A stretch of DNA of 58,981 nt from an uncultured Clostridia bacterium (GTDB lineage: Bacteria > Bacillota > Clostridia > UBA1212 > SIG427): contig CAMFNB010000002.1 of assembly GCA_945965275.1 (NCBI GenBank), positions 1-58,981 of the forward strand, written 5' to 3'. Under the pieces are notes generated by a model that did no database searches, was not told the DNA's origin, and was given only the letters and a program-made list of their open reading frames with translations. Shown one piece after another: positions 37,578 to 47,219 of this stretch. Each line of letters opens with the position of its first letter. Within the stretch, counting starts at the first letter, position 1. A program made the position numbers and the translations under genes.

Positions 37578-37690
37578 TAAAATTTCTCCAAATCAAGTAG
37601 TGATTATGTGATTTGATTTAATCACAAACACAGTATATCATTGCAGTTCGTTACTGTCAAATATTACCAATTTGTTAACTGGTGTGTTTC

Positions 37691-38110
37691 TTAATATTGT
37701 GCTTTGGTTTCACAATAAATGCAGCGATACACCTTGTTTTCCCTGTCTGTAAGTTTGAAAATCTGCTTAAGTTCCTGCTCGCAACATGTGATGCAACGCG
37801 GATTTTTGCATTTTAACACGCCTTCAAGGATTTCCGGCATCTCAATGGAACGCTTTCCAGCAAGTACACCGTCTTTAATGATATTTACCGTTGCGTCAGG
37901 ATCAACAAATCCTATAATATCGAGATCAGGTTCAAAATCCGCATCAATCTTTATGATATCCTTTTTACCCATCTTGTTGCTTGTTACGTTTTTGATAATG
38001 GCAACGGAGGCATCAATATCATCCAAATGAAGGAGCTCATAGAGCTTCATGCCCTGGCCTGCTTTGATATGGTCAATAACAACTCCGTTTTGAATTGAAT
38101 CTATGTTCAT
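37691..38110 (-). CDS. pyrI: Aspartate carbamoyltransferase regulatory subunit
   Basis: 139 aa. It has VIDHI, and the zinc cysteines CKNPRCITC...YRCIYCE. Confidence 0.92.
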   Translation of the reverse strand: MNIDSIQNGVVIDHIKAGQGMKLYELLHLDDIDASVAIIKNVTSNKMGKKDIIKIDADFEPDLDIIGFVDPDATVNIIKDGVLAGKRSIEMPEILEGVLKCKNPRCITCCEQELKQIFKLTDRENKVYRCIYCETKAQY

Positions 38111-39030
38111 ATTGTTCCTGCCTCCTTGAGAAGTTTTAAGATAAGAGCCATTCTCATATACTTTCCGTTAAGTACCTGTTTGAAATAGCATGCTCTCGGA
38201 TCATCATCAATGGCAACGCTGATTTCATTTACTCTCGGAAGCGGGTGAAGAATTGCAAGGTCTTCTTTTGCATTTTTGAGCTTTTCAGGCGTTAAAATGT
38301 AACTGTCCTTGAGTCTTAAATAATCCTCTTCATTGAAGAATCTTTCACGCTGAACTCTTGTCATGTAGAGAATGTCAAGTGCAGGCATAACCTCTTCCAA
38401 ATTTGTTGTCTGAACATAAGGGATATCCTTCTTTTGAAGAACGTCCTTCTTTACATAGCTCGGAAGTTTGAGCTCGTCAGGAGAAATAAGGGCGATATTT
38501 ATTCCCTCATATCTTGAAAGTGCGTTAATGAGAGAGTGTACCGTACGACCGAATTTAAGGTCCCCGCAGAAGCCGACAGTAAGATTATTGAATCTTCCCT
38601 TCTCTCTGTGAATTGTAAGAAGGTCTGCCAGAGTCTGTGTGGGATGACAGTGTCCGCCGTCACCGGCATTGATTGTGGGAACTGTTGCATTATGTGCAAG
38701 TACATATGCAGCGCCTTCCTTCGGATGACGCATTGCTATGATGTCCGCATAGCAGGAAATAACTTTTGCTGTGTCGGCTACGCTCTCGCCCTTTGATGCC
38801 GAAGAGGATGCCGCGCTTGCCATCGAAATAACATTTCCGCCCAGCTCGTACATGGCTGCCTCAAAACTCATTCTTGTTCTTGTTGATGGTTCGAAGAAAA
38901 GAGTTGCAAGTTTTTTACCGGCACAGACGTGTGCATATTTTGCCGGATTGTCAATAATGTCCGTGGCTGTTTTTATGAGCTGGTCAAGTTCCTCAACGCT
39001 GAGGTCTAAAATGTCAATTACACTTCTCAT
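38107..39030 (-). CDS. pyrB: Aspartate carbamoyltransferase catalytic subunit
   Basis: 307 aa. It has [13 protein letters not shown] and HPLPRV. Confidence 0.95.
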   Translation of the reverse strand: MRSVIDILDLSVEELDQLIKTATDIIDNPAKYAHVCAGKKLATLFFEPSTRTRMSFEAAMYELGGNVISMASAASSSASKGESVADTAKVISCYADIIAMRHPKEGAAYVLAHNATVPTINAGDGGHCHPTQTLADLLTIHREKGRFNNLTVGFCGDLKFGRTVHSLINALSRYEGINIALISPDELKLPSYVKKDVLQKKDIPYVQTTNLEEVMPALDILYMTRVQRERFFNEEDYLRLKDSYILTPEKLKNAKEDLAILHPLPRVNEISVAIDDDPRACYFKQVLNGKYMRMALILKLLKEAGTI

Positions 39031-39671
39031 TTGTTTGCTCCGATCCAGCTTTCATCTGAAGGATTGTTTCTGAAAGCTATGAGTCTTTCTATGTCTGACT
39101 CTGCGATATATCCCTGCTCTGCAGCAACCTTTGCGATGGTGTCAAAGTCAGTGAGAGAAATGTTCTTAATGTTTTCGGCAGCAAGTCTGTCGAGACCCTT
39201 CTGCATGCCGTATGTGAAGATTGAAACCACACCCATAACATCAGCACCTGCTTCACGAAGAACTTTTACAACTTCGATTACACTGCCGCCTGTTGAAATC
39301 AGATCCTCTACTACGACAACCTTCTGTCCGGGTTCAAGTTTTCCTTCAATCTGATTCTGTCTTCCGTGGTCTTTGGAACCTGATCTTACATATCCCATGG
39401 GAAGTCCTAAAATGTGTCCTGTTATTGCCGCATGAGCAATTCCGGCTGTTGAGGTTCCCATAAGAACCTGAACTCCGGGATAGTTTTCTATAATTGTTTT
39501 GGCAATGCCGTTTTCCACATCATCTCTTACCTCAGGAGCAGTAAGTGTAAGTCTGTTGTCACAGTAAACAGGGCTCTTGATTCCGCTTGCCCATGTAAAA
39601 GGCTCGTCGGGTCTGAAGAAAACAGCCTTGATTTTAAGTAAGTCTTCTGCAATTATTGTTTTAAGGTCCAT
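39027..39671 (-). CDS. pyrE: Orotate phosphoribosyltransferase
   Basis: It has the PRPP loop [14 protein letters not shown] set the start at the Met at 39671 because an SD GGAAGGAG precedes it. The ORF track extends to 39704. Confidence 0.9.
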   Translation of the reverse strand: MDLKTIIAEDLLKIKAVFFRPDEPFTWASGIKSPVYCDNRLTLTAPEVRDDVENGIAKTIIENYPGVQVLMGTSTAGIAHAAITGHILGLPMGYVRSGSKDHGRQNQIEGKLEPGQKVVVVEDLISTGGSVIEVVKVLREAGADVMGVVSIFTYGMQKGLDRLAAENIKNISLTDFDTIAKVAAEQGYIAESDIERLIAFRNNPSDESWIGANK

Positions 39672-39687
39672 GTTAAAAACTCCTTCC

Positions 39688-40386
39688 TTATCCCACGAAT
39701 TCATTTAAGCATCTTTCATATGCTGCCACCGGATCTGCCGCAGCAGTAATCGGACGGCCGACTACGATGTAGTCAGAACCGATTTCTTTTGCCTGTGCCG
39801 GTGTCATTACTCTCTTTTGGTCACCGATGTCTCCATCGGCAAATCTTACTCCCGGTGTGACAGTCAGGAAGGTGTCTCCGCAAACCTCATGAACTTTTCC
39901 TGCTTCAAGAGGTGAGCAGACAACTCCGTCGAGACCTGCTTCCTTTGCGTTGTGAGCATAGTGCATTACAACCTTGTCGATTGGCTCTTTTATGAGAAGA
40001 TCCCGTTCCATTGATTCCTGATCTGTTGAAGTAAGCTGTGTTACGGCAATTAAAAGAGGTCTTGTTCCGTCAGCTCTTGTAAGTCCCTCGAGAGCAGCCT
40101 TCATCATTGCTGTTGTTCCCGCAGCATGAAGGTTGCAGATATCAACATCGAGATTTGACAAAACTGCCATGGACTTTTTAACGGTGTTCGGAATGTCATG
40201 AAGCTTTAAGTCCAGGAAAATCTTGTGTCCTCTCTTCTTAAGTTCACGAACAATTGAAGGTCCTTCCGCATAGAAAAGTTCCATTCCGATTTTTACGAAT
40301 GGTTTCTTTCCTGTAAAATTGTCCAGGAATTTCAAAGTGTCTTCTCCGCTTGAAAAGTCACAAGCAATAATTACGTCTTTACCCAT
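39688..40386 (-). CDS. pyrF: Orotidine-5'-phosphate decarboxylase
   Basis: 232 aa. It has [19 protein letters not shown] and VVGRPI. Confidence 0.93.
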   Translation of the reverse strand: MGKDVIIACDFSSGEDTLKFLDNFTGKKPFVKIGMELFYAEGPSIVRELKKRGHKIFLDLKLHDIPNTVKKSMAVLSNLDVDICNLHAAGTTAMMKAALEGLTRADGTRPLLIAVTQLTSTDQESMERDLLIKEPIDKVVMHYAHNAKEAGLDGVVCSPLEAGKVHEVCGDTFLTVTPGVRFADGDIGDQKRVMTPAQAKEIGSDYIVVGRPITAAADPVAAYERCLNEFVG

Positions 40387-41297
40387 CAGTGAGCTCCTCC
40401 TGTAATATCTGATAAATTTTCAATACCGTATTTTTTCATCACCCTCGGCAGGTCATTTATTATGTCAAGACAAGCGGTCGGACTTATCAGATTGGCTGCG
40501 CCGACTTCCACTGCTGTTGCACCGGCAAGCATCATTTCTATTACATCTTCCGCACCGGCAACTCCGCCCATTCCCACAATCGGAATTTTTACCGCTTCGT
40601 AAACCTGATAAACCATTCTGACTGCAACCGGGAAAATGGCAGGTCCTGAGAAGCCTCCCATCTTATTTGCAATTACGGGCTTCTTTGTTTTAAGGTCGAT
40701 TCTCATACCAAGCATAGTGTTTATTAAGCTTATACCGTCTGCTCCCGCATCTTCACATGCCTTTGCAACGGAAGCAATATCCGTAACATTAGGAGAAAGC
40801 TTTACGATAACCGGCTTTGTCGTAACCTTTTTAACAGCAGAAACAACTTCTGCCGCAGCCTCCGGATTTGTTCCGAAGCTCATTCCTCCGCCGTGAACAT
40901 TGGGGCAGCTTACATTTACTTCAAGCCAGCCGACCTGTTCCTCTCTGTCAAGCTTTTCACAGGTGTATGCATAGTCTTCAACGGAAAATCCGCTGACATT
41001 TGCCATTACTTTTTTATTAAAGCATTTCTTCAGTTTCGGAAGTTCTTCCGCAATTACTTTTTCAACGCCGGGATTCTGAAGTCCCACTGCATTTATCATT
41101 CCGCTTGTGCATTCCGCAATTCTCGGAGTGGGATTTCCGAAACGGGGATCTTTTGTTGTTCCCTTGAATGAAAAAGTTCCCAATTTGTTTATATCATAAA
41201 TTTCTGCAAATTCATATCCGAAGCCGAATGTTCCTGAAGCAGGAATAACGGGATTATCAAGTTCAATTCCGCAGAGCTTTACTTTTAAGCTTCCCAT
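40386..41297 (-). CDS. pyrD: Dihydroorotate dehydrogenase 1B, catalytic subunit
   Basis: 303 aa. It has [20 protein letters not shown] and IVGMGGV, and is paired with pyrK. Confidence 0.93.
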   Translation of the reverse strand: MGSLKVKLCGIELDNPVIPASGTFGFGYEFAEIYDINKLGTFSFKGTTKDPRFGNPTPRIAECTSGMINAVGLQNPGVEKVIAEELPKLKKCFNKKVMANVSGFSVEDYAYTCEKLDREEQVGWLEVNVSCPNVHGGGMSFGTNPEAAAEVVSAVKKVTTKPVIVKLSPNVTDIASVAKACEDAGADGISLINTMLGMRIDLKTKKPVIANKMGGFSGPAIFPVAVRMVYQVYEAVKIPIVGMGGVAGAEDVIEMMLAGATAVEVGAANLISPTACLDIINDLPRVMKKYGIENLSDITGGAH

Positions 41298-42019
41298 AAG
41301 ATTTCCTCCTTCTTCATAACCGGTCCTTCTTTGCAGATTCTTTTGTAGCCGGTGATTGTTTTACAGCTGCATCCCATGCATGCTCCGAAGCCGCAGCCCA
41401 TTCGCTTTTCAAAGCTGAATTGTCCTTCTGTATTTGATGCTTTGTAAACTGCCTTCAGCATCGGCTCGGGACCGCAGGTGTAAAAATATGTGTAAGGCCT
41501 TTCCATTGCATTTGTTACAAAGCCCTTTACACCATAGCTTCCGTCAACCGTTGTAACTGTCACATCAAGGCCCAGTGCTTTGAATTCCTCTTCGTAAAAG
41601 ATTTCATCCTTCTTGTTAAATCCGAGAATCACCCCGGGCTTTTTTCCGAGTGCGATAAGTTTCTTTGCAAGAAGATACATTGGCGGCACTCCTACGCCTC
41701 CTCCGATTAAGAGCGGGCTGTCGCCTGAAACCCTCAGATCATATCCGTTTCCGAGACCCGTCAGTATTTCAAGCTTTTCAGCGGGCTTCATGCTGCTCAT
41801 AAGTTCGGTTCCTTTGCCCACCGCCTTATACACAATGGTAAGGAGACCGTCCTCGCAGTCACAAACTGAAATCGGTCGTCTTAAATAGAGTCCGTCGAGT
41901 TTGATGTTCACAAACTGACCGGGGGCAGTGATTTCTGATGTGTCTCCCGCGAGCTTCATCTGAAATACGCTGTCTGTCAGCGCAATGTTTTCTTTTACTT
42001 CAAAAACCAAATCTTTCAT
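41285..42019 (-). CDS. pyrK: Dihydroorotate dehydrogenase electron-transfer subunit
   Basis: 244 aa. It has an FAD/NAD-binding fold and a C-terminal 2Fe-2S motif, CGFGACMGCSC. Confidence 0.9.
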   Translation of the reverse strand: MKDLVFEVKENIALTDSVFQMKLAGDTSEITAPGQFVNIKLDGLYLRRPISVCDCEDGLLTIVYKAVGKGTELMSSMKPAEKLEILTGLGNGYDLRVSGDSPLLIGGGVGVPPMYLLAKKLIALGKKPGVILGFNKKDEIFYEEEFKALGLDVTVTTVDGSYGVKGFVTNAMERPYTYFYTCGPEPMLKAVYKASNTEGQFSFEKRMGCGFGACMGCSCKTITGYKRICKEGPVMKKEEILWEA

Positions 42020-42022
42020 TTC

Positions 42023-45000
42023 TTATGCATCAATCGTTGAAATTGTAAGTGTTGTTTCTTCGAGTACGTCAAGGAGTACGCGAACTGTATCAAGTGATGT
42101 GAATATTGTAGCATTATTTTCGGTTGCAAGCTGCCTTATTTTCATACCGTCGCTTGCTTTTGACGTATCATCAATATTTCTTGTGTTGATAATATATGCG
42201 ATATGTCCCTGTCTGATGGCATCCGGAATTTCCTCGCTGCCCTCACTGATTTTACCGAGAACATGTGTTCTTATTCCTCTTTCCTTCAGGAATGCGGCTG
42301 TTCCCGCTGTTGCCTGAATGTTAAAGCCCAGGTTATAGAATCTTCTGATAAGTCCCAGTGCCTCTTCTTTGTCTTCATCGGCGATTGTTGCGAAAACGGT
42401 TCCGTAGTTCTGAAGGTGCATTCCTGCTGCCTGAAGTGCTTTGTAAAGTGCACGGTTCAGTTTGTCGTCGTAGCCGATGGCCTCGCCTGTTGATTTCATT
42501 TCAGGTGAAAGGTATGCGTCAAGTCCCTTGATCTTATTGAATGAGAATACGGGAACTTTTACATAATATCTGTTTTTTTCTTCAGGATAGAGCTTGAAGA
42601 TTCCCTGTTCCTTGAGTGATTTTCCGAGTATAACCTCTGTTGCAATGTCAGCAAGTGAGTATCCCGTTGACTTTGAAAGGAAAGGAACTGTTCTTGAAGA
42701 TCTGGGGTTTACTTCGATGATGTAAACGTTCTCATCTGCGTCAACAATGAACTGAATATTGTAAAGTCCCTTGATTCCTATTCCGAGACCCAACTTCTTT
42801 GCATACTGTAAAATGATTCCTTTTACCTTGTCAGATATGCTGAATGTGGGATATACGCTGATAGAGTCACCCGAGTGGATACCTGTTCTTTCAACAAGTT
42901 CCATGATACCCGGAACAAATACGTCTGTTCCGTCACAGATTGCATCAACCTCAACTTCTTTTCCCTGAATGTATTTGTCAACAAGAACCGGCTTGTCTGC
43001 GTCGATTTCAACGGCTGTCTTTAAGTAGTGTCTGAGCTGCTCTTCGTTTGCCACAATCTGCATTGCACGTCCGCCCAATACGAAGGACGGTCTTACAAGC
43101 ACCGGATATCCGATTTCGGCTGCGGCTGCAACACCATCCTCGATTTTTGTTACCGCTCTGCCCTTCGGCTGAGGAATATTCAGATCTTTGAGAATCTTTT
43201 CGAAGCTGTCTCTGTTTTCAGCTCTTTCGATTGCCTCGCAGTCAGTGCCGATGATTTTCACCCCTCTGTCCATAAGAGGCTGTGCAAGGTTGATGGCTGT
43301 CTGTCCGCCGAGGGAGGCAATAACGCCCATGGGCTTTTCGAAATCAATGATTGCCATTACATCCTCAGGTGTGAGAGGCTCGAAATACAGCTTATCTGAT
43401 GTTGTGTAGTCAGTTGATACTGTTTCGGGGTTGTTGTTGATAATGATTGCCTCATATCCCGCTCTTCTGATTGTCTGAACGGCATGTACCGTTGAGTAGT
43501 CAAATTCAACACCCTGTCCGATTCTGATAGGGCCGGCACCGAGAACAACAATTTTCTTTTTGTCAGTTAAGATTGACTGGTTCTCGCCTGTGTATGATGA
43601 ATAAAGGTATGCGATGTATTTTCCGGTGTGAAGCGTGTCAACCATTTTGAATATGGGTGTAATGCCCTCTTTCTTTCTCAGGTTGTATACGTCGATTTCA
43701 GGCACGTTCCATACTCTTGCAATGAACTTGTCTGAGAAGCCCATGATTTTTGCTTCCTTTAAAGTTGCAGCATCGCACTTGTTTTCCTTAAGAGCCTTCT
43801 CCTCCTCAACGATTTTTACAAAGCTCTCTAAGAAAAGTTCGGTAATCTTTGTAATTTCGTGGAGCTTCTCAACACTTGCGCCCCTTCTGATTAATTCGAA
43901 GATTGCAAATATGTTGTCGTCTTTGAATTCTTTGATATATTCATATAACTCATCATCCGTGTATGAATCAAACTTTGCAAGGTGGAAGTGGCAAACGCCT
44001 GTTTCAAGTGAGCGAACTGACTTTAACATACACTCTTCAAGGCTTGAACCTATGCCCATTACCTCACCTGTAGCCTTCATCTGAGTTCCGAGAGTGTTCG
44101 GAGCCGTTGCGAATTTATCGAATGGGAATCTCGGGAACTTTGCAACGATGTAATCAAGAGAAGGCTCAATTGCGGCTGTTCCGCCGGCAACCGGAATATC
44201 CTCAAGAGCCATGCCCATTGCAATCTTTGCCGTTACTCTGGCAATCGGATAACCGCTGGCTTTTGAGGCAAGGGCTGATGATCTTGAAACTCTTGGGTTT
44301 ACTTCGATTAAGTAATATTCCGAAGATGTGGGATTAAGTGCAAACTGTACGTTACATCCGCCTTCGATTTTAAGTTCCCTTATAATCTTAATTGCGCTGT
44401 CATTGAGCATCTTAAGGTCATGGTCACTAAGAGACAGAATCGGAGCCACAACAAGAGAGTCGCCTGTATGTACGCCTACTGGATCGATGTTTTCCATGCC
44501 GCAGATGGTGATTGCCTTGTCGTTTGAGTCGCGCATTACCTCAAATTCGATTTCCTTATAGCCTTTTACCGATTTCTCGATAAGAACCTGGTTTACCGGA
44601 GAAAGCTTGAAGGCATTGATTCCGACTTCCACAAGTTCCTCTTCGTTGTATGCAAAACCGCCGCCTGTTCCGCCAAGTGTAAATGCGGGACGAAGAACTA
44701 CCGGATATCCGATTTCCTTTGCAGCAATCTTTGCTTCTTCCAAGTTGTATGTGATTTTTGACGGAATAACCGGCTCGCCGATTGACTGGCACATTTCCTT
44801 GAAGAGTTCTCTGTCCTCAGCTCTCTCTATACTTTTGCTTGATGTTCCCAAAAGCTTTGTTCCGCATTCCTGTAAAATGCCCTTTCTTTCAAGCTGCATT
44901 GCCAGATTAAGACCTGTCTGTCCGCCGATACCGGGAACAATTGCATCCGGTCTTTCCATTCTTAAAATCTTTGCGATATATTCAAGTGTGAGAGGCTCCA

Positions 45001-45196
45001 TGTAAACCTTGTCCGCAATCTGTGTGTCTGTCATGATTGTTGCGGGGTTTGAGTTACAAAGAATTACTTCGTATCCTTCTTCCTTAAGAGCAAGGCATGC
45101 CTGTGTGCCTGCATAGTCAAACTCTGCTGCCTGTCCGATTACAATGGGACCCGATCCTATGATGAGTACCTTTTTTACATCCGTTCTTTTTGCCAT
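42023..45196 (-). CDS. carB: Carbamoyl-phosphate synthase large subunit
   Basis: 1057 aa. It has duplicated ATP-grasp halves (IIGSGPIVIGQAAEFDYAG and VLGAGPIRIGQGVEFDYS) and an MGS-like C-terminus. The start lies 1 nt after the pyrC stop. Confidence 0.97.
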   Translation of the reverse strand: MAKRTDVKKVLIIGSGPIVIGQAAEFDYAGTQACLALKEEGYEVILCNSNPATIMTDTQIADKVYMEPLTLEYIAKILRMERPDAIVPGIGGQTGLNLAMQLERKGILQECGTKLLGTSSKSIERAEDRELFKEMCQSIGEPVIPSKITYNLEEAKIAAKEIGYPVVLRPAFTLGGTGGGFAYNEEELVEVGINAFKLSPVNQVLIEKSVKGYKEIEFEVMRDSNDKAITICGMENIDPVGVHTGDSLVVAPILSLSDHDLKMLNDSAIKIIRELKIEGGCNVQFALNPTSSEYYLIEVNPRVSRSSALASKASGYPIARVTAKIAMGMALEDIPVAGGTAAIEPSLDYIVAKFPRFPFDKFATAPNTLGTQMKATGEVMGIGSSLEECMLKSVRSLETGVCHFHLAKFDSYTDDELYEYIKEFKDDNIFAIFELIRRGASVEKLHEITKITELFLESFVKIVEEEKALKENKCDAATLKEAKIMGFSDKFIARVWNVPEIDVYNLRKKEGITPIFKMVDTLHTGKYIAYLYSSYTGENQSILTDKKKIVVLGAGPIRIGQGVEFDYSTVHAVQTIRRAGYEAIIINNNPETVSTDYTTSDKLYFEPLTPEDVMAIIDFEKPMGVIASLGGQTAINLAQPLMDRGVKIIGTDCEAIERAENRDSFEKILKDLNIPQPKGRAVTKIEDGVAAAAEIGYPVLVRPSFVLGGRAMQIVANEEQLRHYLKTAVEIDADKPVLVDKYIQGKEVEVDAICDGTDVFVPGIMELVERTGIHSGDSISVYPTFSISDKVKGIILQYAKKLGLGIGIKGLYNIQFIVDADENVYIIEVNPRSSRTVPFLSKSTGYSLADIATEVILGKSLKEQGIFKLYPEEKNRYYVKVPVFSFNKIKGLDAYLSPEMKSTGEAIGYDDKLNRALYKALQAAGMHLQNYGTVFATIADEDKEEALGLIRRFYNLGFNIQATAGTAAFLKERGIRTHVLGKISEGSEEIPDAIRQGHIAYIINTRNIDDTSKASDGMKIRQLATENNATIFTSLDTVRVLLDVLEETTLTISTIDA

Positions 45197-45197
45197 A

Positions 45198-46385
45198 TTA
45201 CCCTCCGTACGTGTAGACGGTTCTTCCGTTACAAACCGTCAAATAACATCTTCCGAAGACCTTTTCGCCGGTAAAAGGAGTTGCCTTTCCCATTGATAAA
45301 AAGTCTTTTTCATCTATAACTGACTCTTCGTCAAGTTTCCATATTGAATAGCTTTTTCCAAGCTCGACGCCGAATCTCTTTCTCGGATTTACCGTTAAAA
45401 GTTCAACGAGCTTTTCAAGAGTTATTACATTCTTCTTTACAAGGTACGTGTAAAGAAGCTGGAACGCTGTCTCGATTCCCACAATTCCGAATGCGCTTCC
45501 GGAAAGTCCTCTCGACTTTTCTTCGGCGCTGTGTGGTGCGTGGTCAGTTGCAATCATATCGATTGTTCCGTCACAAATACCTTCAATTAAGGCCTGTCTG
45601 TCTTCCTTACTTCGAAGGGGCGGATTCATTTTGAATCTTCCCTCTTCCTGAAGGTCGTTATCCGTAAGTATTAAATAGTGAGGCGCGGTTTCGCATGTGA
45701 TGTCCACACCGTCTTCTTTTGCCTGTCTGATTAATTCCACACTCTCTTTGCATGAAATATGGCAGACATGGTAAGAAGCTCCCGTTTCTTTTGCAAGTTC
45801 AATGTCTCTCTTAATAGGACCCCACTCGCTTTCGGAGCAAATGCCTTTGTGTCCGTGTGCCTTTGCATATTCACCGTCATGGATATATCCGCCGCGGAGA
45901 AGTGAGTTATCTTCGCAGTGTGCAACGATGATTTTACCGAGAGCCTTTGCTTTTAGCATTGCCTCTTTCATCATTTCGGCACTCTGCACTCCTCTGCCGT
46001 CATCGGAAAATGCAACTGCATCGGCTGCCATGGCATCCAAATCGGCAAGCTCTTCTCCCTTTTGGCCGACTGTGATTGCTCCGTATGGATGAACACTTAT
46101 TACCGCCTTGTTTTTAATCAGCATAAGCTGTTCATTTAAATGTTCTGCTGAATCCGGAACGGGATTTAAGTTCGGCATTGTGAATACATCCGTGTATCCG
46201 CCTCTTGCGGCTGCTTTGCTGCCGGTTTCGATTGTTTCCTTATATGAAAAACCCGGCTCACGAAAATGAACATGCACATCGCAAAAGCCGGGTAAAAAAA
46301 CAAATCCACCAAGTTGCGTAATCTGCATATGATTTTCGCAACCTGCATGGATCAGGGTGTCAATTGTATCAAAGTTATTTATCAT
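45198..46385 (-). CDS. pyrC: Dihydroorotase
   Basis: 395 aa. It has GFCDVHVHFREPG and ATDHAPH. An SD AAGGTGGA precedes the start at 46385. Confidence 0.9.
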   Translation of the reverse strand: MINNFDTIDTLIHAGCENHMQITQLGGFVFLPGFCDVHVHFREPGFSYKETIETGSKAAARGGYTDVFTMPNLNPVPDSAEHLNEQLMLIKNKAVISVHPYGAITVGQKGEELADLDAMAADAVAFSDDGRGVQSAEMMKEAMLKAKALGKIIVAHCEDNSLLRGGYIHDGEYAKAHGHKGICSESEWGPIKRDIELAKETGASYHVCHISCKESVELIRQAKEDGVDITCETAPHYLILTDNDLQEEGRFKMNPPLRSKEDRQALIEGICDGTIDMIATDHAPHSAEEKSRGLSGSAFGIVGIETAFQLLYTYLVKKNVITLEKLVELLTVNPRKRFGVELGKSYSIWKLDEESVIDEKDFLSMGKATPFTGEKVFGRCYLTVCNGRTVYTYGG

Positions 46386-46436
46386 TTATTCCACCTTGCC
46401 GATATCACGGTATCGGCTTAAAGATTTATCTTGGAT

Positions 46437-46465
46437 ATGTTATCAAAAAAGGGTGAGTTTGTCAA
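46437..46465 (-). promoter_or_regulatory. Predicted sigma-A promoter of the pyr operon
   Basis: On the minus strand: TTGACA (46465-46460), 17-nt spacer, TAACAT (46442-46437). Confidence 0.5.
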
Positions 46466-46532
46466 TGTCACATGGCTCTGTGAATTGCTTGCTCATGTCA
46501 GAAATTTCAACGCAAATTATCCTCTCTCCGGT

Positions 46533-46561
46533 TTGACTTAATGCCCTTTATTTGATATGAT
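46533..46561 (+). promoter_or_regulatory. Predicted sigma-A promoter of the pur operon
   Basis: TTGACT (46533-46538), 17-nt spacer, TATGAT (46556-46561). It lies about 20 nt upstream of the riboswitch. Confidence 0.55.
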
Positions 46562-46579
46562 TAGGCCCGTAATTACGAA

Positions 46580-46662
46580 TAAGTTCTTTGCAACTGACGG
46601 AATAATGCGGAGCACCGCAAAGGAACAAAGAACTTGCTTTTTAAGCCGACCGTCTGGGCACA
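46580..46662 (+). promoter_or_regulatory. ZTP (pfl-motif) riboswitch
   Basis: P1 is GTTCTTTG (46583-46590) paired with CAAAGAAC (46626-46633). The conserved ACUGACGG is present. P2 is GCGG-AGCA-CCGC (46607-46618). The 3' sub-domain CCGUCUGGGCA lies at 46650-46660. The pseudoknot GACGG/CCGUC carries a compensatory G>A / C>U change relative to the GGCGG/CCGCC consensus. Confidence 0.85.
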
Positions 46663-46699
46663 CTTATTCTTCATATAAAAGTGTGCCCTTTTTGTTTTT
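46656..46699 (+). terminator. Riboswitch expression-platform terminator
   Basis: A 10-bp stem GGGCACACTT (46656-46665) / AAGTGTGCCC (46679-46688) is followed by TTTTTGTTTTT. Its 5' arm overlaps the GGGCA of the ZTP 3' sub-domain. Confidence 0.8.
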
Positions 46700-46718
46700 A
46701 GAAAGGAGAACCCTTAAC

Positions 46719-47201
46719 ATGAAAAAAGTCGGAATCATTATGGGAAGCGCAAGCGACCTTCCAATCGTTCAGAAAGCAATCGATACTTTGGATGCTCTCG
46801 GAATTCCCAACGAAACCCACATTTATTCAGCTCACAGAACACCTGATGAAGCAGCAGACTTTGCGGCAAATGCAAAGAAAAACGGATTCGGTGTAATCAT
46901 AGCGGCAGCGGGAATGGCAGCTCACCTGGCAGGAGCCCTGGCAGCAAGAACAACTCTTCCGGTAATCGGAATCCCCTGCAAATCAAGCGTACTGGACGGC
47001 ATGGATGCCCTTCTTTCAACTGTACAGATGCCTTCCGGAATTCCGGTGGCAACAGTTGCAATCAACGGAGCAACTAATGCCGCTTTATTATCTGCGGAAA
47101 TTCTTGCGGTATCTGACGAAGAGCTTGCAAAGAAACTTTCAGACAAAAGACATGCAGAAGCACAGGCAGTCCTTGAAAAGGATGCGGAATTAAACAAGTA
47201 A
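46719..47201 (+). CDS. purE: 5-(carboxyamino)imidazole ribonucleotide mutase / AIR carboxylase PurE
   Basis: I set the start at the Met at 46719 ([15 protein letters not shown]) because an SD GAAAGGAG precedes it. The ORF track start at 46557 runs through the riboswitch and terminator. Confidence 0.92.
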   Translation: MKKVGIIMGSASDLPIVQKAIDTLDALGIPNETHIYSAHRTPDEAADFAANAKKNGFGVIIAAAGMAAHLAGALAARTTLPVIGIPCKSSVLDGMDALLSTVQMPSGIPVATVAINGATNAALLSAEILAVSDEELAKKLSDKRHAEAQAVLEKDAELNK

Positions 47202-47219
47202 ATCACGGAGGGTAGGATT

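Noticed and set aside
46521-46531. A PyrR-binding-loop-like sequence (minus strand CCGGAGAGAGG) upstream of the pyr operon
   Set aside because: It lies upstream of the predicted pyr -35/-10 (46465-46437), so it would not be in the transcript. It has an extra AG relative to CCAGAGAGG. No antiterminator/terminator pair follows, and there is no pyrR in the window.
46386-46718. A replication origin at the minus-to-plus strand switch between the pyr and pur operons
   Set aside because: There is no cluster of DnaA boxes. The best match, TTATCCTCT, has 2 mismatches to TTATCCACA. There is no dnaA/dnaN. The region is fully explained by two divergent promoters plus the ZTP riboswitch.
46557-46718. A 54-codon N-terminal extension of purE in the ORF track
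   Set aside because: It reads through the riboswitch and its terminator. The Met at 46719 has a proper SD and yields the conserved PurE N-terminus [13 protein letters not shown].
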